Shown: positions 17,804 to 25,813 of the stretch, one piece after another | How positions within the stretch are numbered: the stretch's first letter is position 1 | Layout of the letters: each line of letters begins with the position of its first letter | DNA from: Synechococcus sp. | Lineage (GTDB): Bacteria > Cyanobacteriota > Cyanobacteriia > Thermostichales > PCC-7336 | Direction of reading: 5' to 3' | Length of the DNA: 25,813 nt | NCBI GenBank assembly: GCA_051439605.1 | Contig: JBFRWN010000022.1 | Location: forward strand, 1 to 25,813 | The notes under the pieces: generated by a model | The model's database searches: none | What the model saw: only the letters and a program-made list of their open reading frames with translations | What the model was told of the DNA's origin: nothing | Position numbers and translations under genes: made by a program

Positions 17804-18110
17804 GGGCAGTTGAGATTTCAAAAGCTGGCCAATTATTGATGAGGGATTCCATGGTACCAACCGCAGCTGACCAAAGATCCAATGATTTCGAGACGAAGTC
17901 TGATTGCGATCGAATCCCGCTCTATATGTTCTCAGCAAACCAACCACTAGCAGTTGTGGAACGAGCCGTTAGTGATGTCATTCTCAAACGCAGTGGTTCT
18001 TTGAGATGTTGGCAGTCTTCTCCACCAGTATGGTTACAATAACCCACCATATTTTCCCACCGTGCGAAACATAATTTAGCAAAGAATCAGGTTTAGGAGA
18101 CTCCCAGGAC

Positions 18111-20687
18111 ATGGTTTCGAGTATTGAAAACATTAGAGATCGAGCGATGCAAGCATTTGCTCGCGAAGAATACTCTGAAGCAGCTCAACTATTTGAGCAG
18201 TTAACCAATGAGTCTCCAGAAGATCTTTCCTTGAAACTTTGGCTGGCCTCTTCTCAGCAGTGGGCGGGACGTTTGCTCGCTGCAAAGACCACATACGAAT
18301 CTGTTCTTGCAAACTCTGAGGATCGGGACTTGATTAACGCTGCCAAAAATGGTCTGACCCAAATTGAGTCATCCCAACATGAGTCGAATCCATCTTCAGG
18401 TAATGACTCAAATAACTTGCCAATGGAGAGTGGAGTTCAATCTCCATTGGGAGACGAAGACTTATTTGGGGAACTATCATTTGAGCCGCATCCCACTGAC
18501 AATGCCTCCGGTGCTGGCAATCCCCTCAGTGGAACTTCCTCTGGTAGTGGAGGGCACGTGTCTCAACCTCAGGGTAAATCGATGGAAGAAGACCTAGAAT
18601 CGATATTCGAAATGGCAGATTCTCCCGAGTCAGAATCGTCCCCCTCAGGCGATAGCAACTTGCTTGACGATGTTCTGTTTGGAGGGTTCGATGAGAACGA
18701 GTCGTTTGCCGAAGACAACTCAACCAATCGTTCATCTGCAATGGTGGAGAAGAATCGGGAGGAAACTAATTTCTTTACACTCAATGACCAAACTGAAGAG
18801 AGTGGTCTATCCTTTGCTCCCTTAGGCGATTCAATGAATGAAGGTTCTGACTCCTACCCTGACACTAAAGTAGCTGGAAACGAAACATCCAAACGCATGT
18901 CGACAGCTCAGTTTGCTCCTGGAAATGATTTTACGATGCTGGACGAATTACCGGAACAAAGCGGCTCGTTTGAAGAAGGTTCTTCCACTCATTTTGCTGA
19001 GGCGGAAGATTACGAATTTGAGGCTGAACCCTTTTCCGAAATCCCAGGATTTTCTAGTTTGGATAGCGATTATGACAAGGGCGCTGCTGAGGAAGCATCT
19101 TCTATTACTGAATTGTTTGACATCGTTGAACCAGCAGCATCGTTATCCTCGGACATCGAGGATGACAACGATCTTGAGGGGAATCTTCTGCTTCTACCCG
19201 AAGATGATGTAGATGAAGTTTCAAATGCTGTTGACAGTGAAGCAGTTTATGTAGATAGCAAGGATGCCGGAATATCCACTTACACTCCGCCGACGAGCGA
19301 AGGCATTGCGGCTACAGGGGGAGCGATATCGGGGGTGATACTCCAGGGAGCAGCGATTCTAGCTGCCAGTACGTTGGGATATTTTGGCCTCAAGACGATC
19401 GTTCCCGATGCAAATTTACGTGGTGCAGCGGGGGCTATGGCAGGGGCTATGGCAGGGGCAGGAATTGGGATCGTGACTTCCAATCGTCAAACAGCCCGAA
19501 TCCGACGCAATATACAAGCCTTATGTGCAGATATGGCTACTGTTGCCCAAGGGAATTACACGGTTCGGGCAACGTTATCGGGGGAGGATGCTACCTCACT
19601 GGCCCTGTCCTTTAACCAAATGGCTCAGGCGGTGGAAGAAAACCTTGGCATTTTAGAGCGACGGGCTGCTGAGCAAGGTCAGGCGAAGGAGGACTTACAA
19701 CGGCAGGTGATTCGTTTACTTGATGACGTTGAGGGTGCTGCTCGAGGAGATTTGACCGTGAGGGCTGAGGTGACAGCTGACGTTCTGGGCGCGGTAGCTG
19801 ACTCATTTAACTTGACAATCGCCAGTCTGCGAGAAATTGTCGGCCAAGTGAAACAGGCGGCAACTGCGGTGAACGATGCCGCTAACGATAACGAGTCCTT
19901 GGCCCGCGATTTATCGAATGAAGCATTACGCCAAGCGGACGATATTTCTTCACTATTGAATTCCGTACAGGGAATGACTCAGTCCATTCAAGAGGTTGCG
20001 GGTAATGCGAAAGAAGCCGAACAGGTGGCTCAGCAAGCATCAACAACTGCAATCAAAGGGGGAGAGGCGGTGGAGCGGACGGCTGCCGGTATTTTGACCA
20101 TTCGGGAAACGGTGGCAGAAACTACTCGCCAGGTGAAACGATTGGCAGAGTCTTCCCAGGAAATTTCAAAAATTGTGGCGTTTATTTCCCAAATTGCTTC
20201 AAGAACGAACCTGTTGGCGTTGAATGCCAGCATTGAGGCTGCACGTGCAGGAGAGGCTGGGCGTGGATTTGCAATTGTTGCAGATGAAGTGAGACAACTT
20301 TCGGATCGCTCTTCCAAGGCTTCAAAAGAAATCGAGCAGATCGTCATGCAGATTCAATCAGAAACCAGCCAGGTAATGACAGCAATGGAAGAGGGGACTC
20401 AGCAGGTTATTGAGGGAACCAAACTGGCGGAACAAGCAAAATCTAGTCTCGATGAGATTATTCAGGTCAGTCAAAAGATTGATGGTTTAGTACGTTCGAT
20501 TACCGCTGCAACCGTTGAGCAGACGGAGACGTCGCGAACAGTGGCTCAAGTGATGCAAAATGCGGAGTTAACCTCGAATGAAACTTCTCAAGAGGCCCAA
20601 AAAGTATCCAGTTCCCTGATGAAGTTGGTGGCCATCGCCCGCGACCTGCAATCATCTGTAGGAAAATTCCGGACCGTAAGAGAGTGA
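18111..20687 (+). CDS. hmpD: Methyl-accepting chemotaxis protein with N-terminal TPR, acidic linker, TM hairpin, HAMP and signalling domain; HmpD/PilJ orthologue
   Basis: TPR-like first ~85 aa; HAMP segments LALSFNQMA and [22 protein letters not shown]; signalling tip [38 protein letters not shown] ribosome-binding site. Confidence 0.95.
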   Translation: MVSSIENIRDRAMQAFAREEYSEAAQLFEQLTNESPEDLSLKLWLASSQQWAGRLLAAKTTYESVLANSEDRDLINAAKNGLTQIESSQHESNPSSGNDSNNLPMESGVQSPLGDEDLFGELSFEPHPTDNASGAGNPLSGTSSGSGGHVSQPQGKSMEEDLESIFEMADSPESESSPSGDSNLLDDVLFGGFDENESFAEDNSTNRSSAMVEKNREETNFFTLNDQTEESGLSFAPLGDSMNEGSDSYPDTKVAGNETSKRMSTAQFAPGNDFTMLDELPEQSGSFEEGSSTHFAEAEDYEFEAEPFSEIPGFSSLDSDYDKGAAEEASSITELFDIVEPAASLSSDIEDDNDLEGNLLLLPEDDVDEVSNAVDSEAVYVDSKDAGISTYTPPTSEGIAATGGAISGVILQGAAILAASTLGYFGLKTIVPDANLRGAAGAMAGAMAGAGIGIVTSNRQTARIRRNIQALCADMATVAQGNYTVRATLSGEDATSLALSFNQMAQAVEENLGILERRAAEQGQAKEDLQRQVIRLLDDVEGAARGDLTVRAEVTADVLGAVADSFNLTIASLREIVGQVKQAATAVNDAANDNESLARDLSNEALRQADDISSLLNSVQGMTQSIQEVAGNAKEAEQVAQQASTTAIKGGEAVERTAAGILTIRETVAETTRQVKRLAESSQEISKIVAFISQIASRTNLLALNASIEAARAGEAGRGFAIVADEVRQLSDRSSKASKEIEQIVMQIQSETSQVMTAMEEGTQQVIEGTKLAEQAKSSLDEIIQVSQKIDGLVRSITAATVEQTETSRTVAQVMQNAELTSNETSQEAQKVSSSLMKLVAIARDLQSSVGKFRTVRE
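19431..19460 (+). repeat. 12-bp tandem repeat (GGGGCTATGGCA x2.5) in the second hydrophobic helix of the MCP
   Basis: GGGGCTATGGCA GGGGCTATGGCA GGGGCA, encoding [10 protein letters not shown]. Confidence 0.85.
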
Positions 20688-20827
20688 TTTTACAGGGGGA
20701 TAGCAATCGCCTCTATTGCTGGGCTGACGTTACTCTCCAGCTCTTCCCCACTGGCCATCCAACATAAGATATCTTCACCGACAACTCTTTACTGAACCCA
20801 CAAGGCAGCTGACTGAGGATCGATTCC

Positions 20828-23800
20828 ATGGATCGCGAAGCACAACAAAGAATCATGGGCTTTTTCATTGAAGAAGCTCGCGATCACCTGGTGAATATCG
20901 AGCAGGGGTTACTGTGCCTGCAAGAGCGGGCTTCCGATAAAGAATTGATCAACGATCTGTTTCGCGGTGCCCACTCGATTAAAGGTGGGGCAGCGATGCT
21001 AGGTGTTAGTAGTATCCAAAACACCGCCCACCGCATGGAAGACATCTTCAACGTCTTTCGAGAGCGTTCGGTTCCGGTCGATCGCAAGCTGGAATCTCTT
21101 CTGCTGCGCTGCTACGACACTCTTGCTTCGCTGTTGGATAAACTGCAGAGCCCAGAGGGACTTTCCCCTGAAGCAGGGGAAGCAGCTATGGCCGAGACGG
21201 AGCCAGTATTCCAACAGCTTGATTTACACATGAAAGTGTTGCTGGGGGACCTTTCTCCAGAAGCTGCTGCTGACCAGGCAGGTACAGGGACAGAAACAGT
21301 CCAATCCAACAAGAAAAGCCCCTCCCAGCAAGATGCCTTCCAGCAATACGTTCCTCGCCTCATGCGAGAGATGCTGGATCTATTCAAACAAGAAGATACG
21401 GCAGATACTCGGGCGAGGTTGGCAGAAATAGGGCAGTCGTTGATTCAATTGGGAGATACCTATCAGCTTCCAGGTTGGACAGACCTTTGCTACAGCATCG
21501 ATAAGAGTATTGCCAATCCCGCTAATGGTTTGGCCCCTATAGCTCGTCAAGTGCTTCCCGCGTTGAAACAAGCCCAGCAAATGGTACTAGCGGGCAGTAG
21601 CGAAAACATTGTTGTTTCATCCGCTTTGTCGGCGATGACATCTACTGCCTCTGTGGACTCAGCCCCCTCTCATACCAATGGGATTGACGGGATGGGTCTG
21701 CCGGATCTATTGCATGAAGTACCGCAAGAGGTTGAAGAGGGCACTGCAGCTGATGGTTTGGCCGACTTGTTAATGCCCAGTGCCGATCTTTCCGATATCA
21801 GTAGTTCTGAAGTATTGGCTGCGGATGAGCCCAGGCTTACAAACGATCTATCGCAGGCCCAACCAGCACCGGAGCTGACCGAACTATTCGGCGGGGATAC
21901 ATCTGGATTGTTGGATCCCGTTGAATCAGTGCAAGAGAGGTTGACGGATCTCTTTAGCGGTTCAGAGGTTGACAACACTGATACAGATAGTTTTGAAGTA
22001 AATGCTATAGAAGAAGAATCTACCGCCGATCTCGCTGGTTTATTTTCCTCCGGTTCAGAACCAGTACTAGATTCTGAACTGGAATTTGGCGAATTGAATT
22101 TGGCGGCGGATAGTTCGCCTGCCGACATACATGAAGATAATGGCGATCTTACTTCTCTATTGAGTGACCCAAATGGGGACGTTGCAGCTAATTCTGCGCT
22201 AGAAGATGCAGCCCCGTTAGATGATTTGTCCGATCTAAGTCAATTACTAGCAGACAGCTCTCTTGAAGCCCTGCCAGCACCGGTGTCGGAGACGTTTGAG
22301 GACCTATCTGAACTAGATAGTTTGGTGGCGGATTCCCTGGAACCAACCTCGGCTTCACCTGCGTCACCTGCAGATGCCAATGCCGAAGCATTTGCGAATT
22401 TAGAAAAGTTAATTGGTGAAGGGCCCTCTGGCGTTAAACCCTCTTCTGCTGCTTTTGGGGCGCGCTCATCTACCTCCAGTAGACAGCGCCAAAAGCCTGG
22501 TTTTTCTAATCCCACCATGCGAGTTGAAGTCAAATACCTTGACTTGATTAACAACCTGGTGGGAGAAATGGTTGTGAGTCGTAACAGCCTCGAGCAAAAC
22601 CAAACCCGACTTCAACAATTTCTAGAAAATATGCTCTTCCGCGTACGACAGTTAGGGGAGTTGGGCCAGAAAATGCAAGATCGGTACGAACGATCGCTTC
22701 TGGAAGCCTCCTTGCTGCGCAGCACCAATGCTGTTCTTAATCCCAGTTCTAGCGATGAATCCCACTCAACAGGGGAGGACTTCGATGCTCTAGAAATGGA
22801 CCGTTTTACAGCATTTCACAGTTTGTCGCAGGAAATTATCGAGCTGATCGTTAGAGTGCGGGAATCGGCCTCAGATATTCAGTTTGTTGTGGACCAAACC
22901 GAGCAAACGACTCGTCAGTTCCGGCAAAGCACTACTCAACTTCAGGACAACCTCAATCGCGCCCGCATGGTGCCGTTCTCACAAATTGCTGACCGGCTGC
23001 CTCGGGCGATACGCGAATTGTCTGTAAAAACTGGGAAGCAAATAGATCTGTTTGTTGAGGGGCGCGACACACTGATTGACAAAGCAATTTTGGAAGAGCT
23101 TTACGATCCCATGACCCACTTGGTCAACAATGCGATCGTTCACGGAATTGAAGAGCCCAACGAGCGAGAGCAAGCTGGAAAACCGATTGAGGGCACGATT
23201 AAGATTCAGACCTTCTATCAAGGGAACCAAACAATTATCGTGGTTTCTGATGATGGCAGAGGAATTAATGCTGCTCGTGTTAAGGAGAAAGCCTTAGCGC
23301 AGGGATTACTTAGCGCTGACGATTCAGCTGATATTAGCGATAATGAACTCTACGACTTTATCTTCCACGCAGGGTTCAGCACGCGCTCTCAAGCAGATGA
23401 ATTGGCGGGACGAGGGGTAGGGATGGATGTTGTTCGTACCCGTTTGAACGAATTGCGTGGCGCCGTACAAGTAGATTCGGTCCCCAATCAAGGCACTACT
23501 TTTACGATCAGACTGCCACTGACCCTCAGTATTTCCAAGGCGATGGTCTGCGTGAGTGATAAGGCACTGGTGGCCTTCCCGCTTGATGGCGTGGAAGAAA
23601 TGGTGGATATTTCACCTGACAGCGTGCAGACTGACTCATCCGGGGACTCCTACATGACCTGGCAAGGGCAACAGCTGCTCCTGAAACCCCTCACCGAACT
23701 CTTTAGCTATAGCAACAACCACAATCGCAGCCGCCCCGAGGCTTATAGCTCATCCTCTTACGATGACGATCTTCTGCCAATTGCCATTTTGCAAAGTGGT

Positions 23801-24463
23801 GGGCAGCGGCTAGCTATTCAGGTGGATAGTTTCGTTGAAGAGCAAGAAATTGTAATCAAACAATTGGGGGGACCAGCTCCTAAACCACTGGGTATAGCAG
23901 GCGCCACCGTGCTGGGTGATGGACGAGTCTTGCCGATAGCGGACATCCTCGAGTTAATTGATGTGGCTTATGGCAGAACTCGTCGCGAGCAAGCTCGTTT
24001 CTGGATGCCAGAAGGTGGCTCAACAGAGCCTGCTGTAGAGCAGGATGCAATACCCACCGTCTTGATTGTGGATGATTCTATTACCGTTCGCGAACTGCTT
24101 TCCATGACTTTTAGCAAAGCTGGGTACAAAGTTGAACAAGCTCGTGATGGGCAAGATGCCTGGGATAAGCTTCGTAACGGACTTCCTTGCAGCATAATGT
24201 TCTGCGATGTTGAAATGCCCCGCATGGACGGCCTGGAGTTACTTTCGCGGATGCGCAAGGACGAGCAATATAACAAATTGCCGATTGCGATGTTGACCTC
24301 TAGAGGTGCCGATCGCCACCGTCAGATGGCGGCAGAATTAGGCGCTAACGCATACTTCACCAAGCCATACTTAGAGGAAGAGATTCTCACGGCGTCCAAA
24401 CGATTGATGGCTGGAGAGATCCTGCTTCAAAGCACGACTGAACCGGGTCCAGTCGAAGTTTAG
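20828..24463 (+). CDS. hmpE: Hybrid CheA histidine kinase (Hpt, acidic linker, dimerisation, HATPase, CheW, REC); HmpE/PilL orthologue
   Basis: FIEEARDHL and FRGAHSIKGGA (Hpt); NLVGEMVV; THLVNNAIVHGIE, DDGRGI, GFST, GRGVGMDVV and GTTFTIRLPLTL; GIAGATVLGDG; REC with VDDS, CDVEMPRMDG, LTSR and TKPY. Confidence 0.96.
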   Translation: MDREAQQRIMGFFIEEARDHLVNIEQGLLCLQERASDKELINDLFRGAHSIKGGAAMLGVSSIQNTAHRMEDIFNVFRERSVPVDRKLESLLLRCYDTLASLLDKLQSPEGLSPEAGEAAMAETEPVFQQLDLHMKVLLGDLSPEAAADQAGTGTETVQSNKKSPSQQDAFQQYVPRLMREMLDLFKQEDTADTRARLAEIGQSLIQLGDTYQLPGWTDLCYSIDKSIANPANGLAPIARQVLPALKQAQQMVLAGSSENIVVSSALSAMTSTASVDSAPSHTNGIDGMGLPDLLHEVPQEVEEGTAADGLADLLMPSADLSDISSSEVLAADEPRLTNDLSQAQPAPELTELFGGDTSGLLDPVESVQERLTDLFSGSEVDNTDTDSFEVNAIEEESTADLAGLFSSGSEPVLDSELEFGELNLAADSSPADIHEDNGDLTSLLSDPNGDVAANSALEDAAPLDDLSDLSQLLADSSLEALPAPVSETFEDLSELDSLVADSLEPTSASPASPADANAEAFANLEKLIGEGPSGVKPSSAAFGARSSTSSRQRQKPGFSNPTMRVEVKYLDLINNLVGEMVVSRNSLEQNQTRLQQFLENMLFRVRQLGELGQKMQDRYERSLLEASLLRSTNAVLNPSSSDESHSTGEDFDALEMDRFTAFHSLSQEIIELIVRVRESASDIQFVVDQTEQTTRQFRQSTTQLQDNLNRARMVPFSQIADRLPRAIRELSVKTGKQIDLFVEGRDTLIDKAILEELYDPMTHLVNNAIVHGIEEPNEREQAGKPIEGTIKIQTFYQGNQTIIVVSDDGRGINAARVKEKALAQGLLSADDSADISDNELYDFIFHAGFSTRSQADELAGRGVGMDVVRTRLNELRGAVQVDSVPNQGTTFTIRLPLTLSISKAMVCVSDKALVAFPLDGVEEMVDISPDSVQTDSSGDSYMTWQGQQLLLKPLTELFSYSNNHNRSRPEAYSSSSYDDDLLPIAILQSGGQRLAIQVDSFVEEQEIVIKQLGGPAPKPLGIAGATVLGDGRVLPIADILELIDVAYGRTRREQARFWMPEGGSTEPAVEQDAIPTVLIVDDSITVRELLSMTFSKAGYKVEQARDGQDAWDKLRNGLPCSIMFCDVEMPRMDGLELLSRMRKDEQYNKLPIAMLTSRGADRHRQMAAELGANAYFTKPYLEEEILTASKRLMAGEILLQSTTEPGPVEV

Positions 24464-24586
24464 TCGCGGTGAACGCTTATAGCTGTTGCCATCCCACTTA
24501 AGATGGGAAGAACCTTGACCTGCATGGTGATGATGTCTTAAGTGAATTGACGATTGCTATCCCTTGATATTTCAATCAAGGCAGCT

Positions 24587-24608
24587 AAAAATGACGATCG
24601 TCATTTTT
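24587..24608. repeat. Perfect 22-bp palindrome between hmpE and pyrH
   Basis: AAAAATGACGATCGTCATTTTT is its own reverse complement. Confidence 0.9.
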
Positions 24609-24747
24609 TTGATGGCATTGTAGAGAAGGGTACGAACTGGATTGCGCGTAATAATTGGTAAGGGAATCTGTTGTGGGTAAGCGCAGTTGAGCTGGTATGG
24701 TAACTCAGGTGATTGCTCCCTAACGTAGAGCAGGGGATTTGGACCGC

Positions 24748-25488
24748 ATGAAGTACGACCGTGTGTTGCTAAAGCTCAGTGGCGAAGCCTTAATGGGGGA
24801 TCAAGATTATGGAATTAAACCTGAAATATTGGCTTCAATTTCAGCGGAAGTAGCTGATGTTGTGAAAGCTGGCGTTCAGCTCGCCATTGTTGTGGGTGGA
24901 GGTAATATTTTTCGCGGTGTGAGTAAGGCCGCATCAATGGGCATGGATCGAGCCTCTGCGGATTACGTTGGCATGTTGGCAACGGTTATGAATGCTCTTA
25001 CCTTGCAAAATGCACTTGAGAATGCAGGGGTTGCAACGCGGGTTTTAACGGCGATCGCCATGCAGGAGGTGGCAGAGCCCTACATTCGTCGGCGGGCTAT
25101 CCGTCACCTTGAAAAGGGCCGGGTGGTGATATTTGGAGCGGGTTCCGGTAATCCGTTCTTTACCACAGATACCACTGCCGCTTTACGAGCCGCAGAGATT
25201 GATGCAGAGGTTATCTTTAAAGCCACTAAGGTGGATGGAGTTTATGACTGCGATCCAAAAAATAATCCGGAAGCTAGGAGGTTCGAGACCTTAAACTATC
25301 AGCACGTCCTGACGCAGAATCTGCGGGTCATGGATACAACAGCGATCGCCCTTTGCAAAGATAACAACATTCCCATTGTGGTTTTTGATCTCACGGTTCC
25401 TGGCAATATCTGTAAAGCAGTGGGAGAGGGAGGTATTGGTACCTTTGTAGGTGCCACTGTTGAGTCAGAAGTTGCAGTTGCTTCCTAG
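24748..25488 (+). CDS. pyrH: UMP kinase
   Basis: [56 protein letters not shown] and VMDTTA. ATG 24748 is preferred to TTG 24739 on spacing from GGGGA. Confidence 0.98.
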   Translation: MKYDRVLLKLSGEALMGDQDYGIKPEILASISAEVADVVKAGVQLAIVVGGGNIFRGVSKAASMGMDRASADYVGMLATVMNALTLQNALENAGVATRVLTAIAMQEVAEPYIRRRAIRHLEKGRVVIFGAGSGNPFFTTDTTAALRAAEIDAEVIFKATKVDGVYDCDPKNNPEARRFETLNYQHVLTQNLRVMDTTAIALCKDNNIPIVVFDLTVPGNICKAVGEGGIGTFVGATVESEVAVAS

Positions 25489-25691
25489 TTGTTTCTTCCA
25501 CGATTCCATGAAAATGAGGCTATACGCTTGAGATCGAACATGGCTTCATGTCTATACTTGGGGTACCTTAATCCTGGAGTTTTTAACTATCGACCGGTCA
25601 AAAAAAATGTCGATGCATGGTACCGACTGTCATAGGGTCAAGGCTGATTGACTGACAAAACATTCGTAGCCGCGGTAGTCCACCGAATGTA

Positions 25692-25813
25692 AGCGATTGT
25701 CTTGGAAGTCAAGCCTCTCTTGCTATGGGATTGCACCAGGGCTGACCACTTTTGGCAATGGCGTTGAGGATGAGCAGGAGTTTGTGCATACAAGCAGTCA
25801 AAGCGACTTTTTT
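25692..25813 (-). mobile_element. Right end of an IS110-family element, truncated by the window end
   Basis: The transposase C-terminus is followed by TTGACT-TCCAAG-ACAATCG-CT, resembling the short right end and CT core of IS621-like elements. Confidence 0.8.
25709..25813 (-). CDS. IS110-family recombinase/transposase, last 34 codons (5' partial; absent from the ORF track)
   Basis: Minus-strand translation KKVALTACMHKLLLILNAIAKSGQPWCNPIAREA* fits the KxAxxAxxxKLLxILNAxxxxGxPW C-terminal helix of IS110/IS116/IS902 transposases. Confidence 0.88.
   Translation of the reverse strand, partial: KKVALTACMHKLLLILNAIAKSGQPWCNPIAREA

Noticed and set aside
17836..18042. 68-aa ORF between cheW and the MCP gene
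   Set aside because: TTG start, no clear ribosome-binding site and no recognisable motif; it cannot be supported without conservation data.
439..24276. Numerous 60-150 aa overlapping or antisense ORFs in the track; CRISPR array
   Set aside because: The ORFs are shadows of well-supported genes, and no repeat-spacer array or cas gene was seen.

Overview
Cyanobacterial chromosomal segment, judged from HIP1 GCGATCGC octamers, carboxysome ccmK3/K4 genes and a Hmp/Pil chemosensory locus. Both ends are cut inside insertion sequences. Left to right: 3' end of an IS5-family (ISL2-group-like) element; phoX with a Pho box; gcvT; gloA; ccmK4 and ccmK3; recJ; a Tat-signal MBL-fold protein with degenerate metal ligands; a phytol/polyprenol kinase; tRNA-Lys(UUU); an amidohydrolase plus FAD-oxidoreductase pair of unknown substrate; hmpF divergent from a complete hmpA-E (pilGHIJL-like) cluster; pyrH; and the 3' end of an IS110-family recombinase gene that the ORF track missed. 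Most of the window is known housekeeping or motility machinery, and I cannot support a wholly new system. Best leads: (1) the IS110 right end with IS621-like -35/donor/CT-core geometry beside a palindromic flank; (2) a GGGTAACRGT motif shared upstream of hmpF and hmpB; (3) about 13 kb without a perfect HIP1 site, covering the motility locus; (4) repeated amphipathic motifs in the acidic linkers of the MCP and CheA; (5) the orphan catabolic gene pair. All assignments come from reading the sequence and recalled family motifs; no searches were run.
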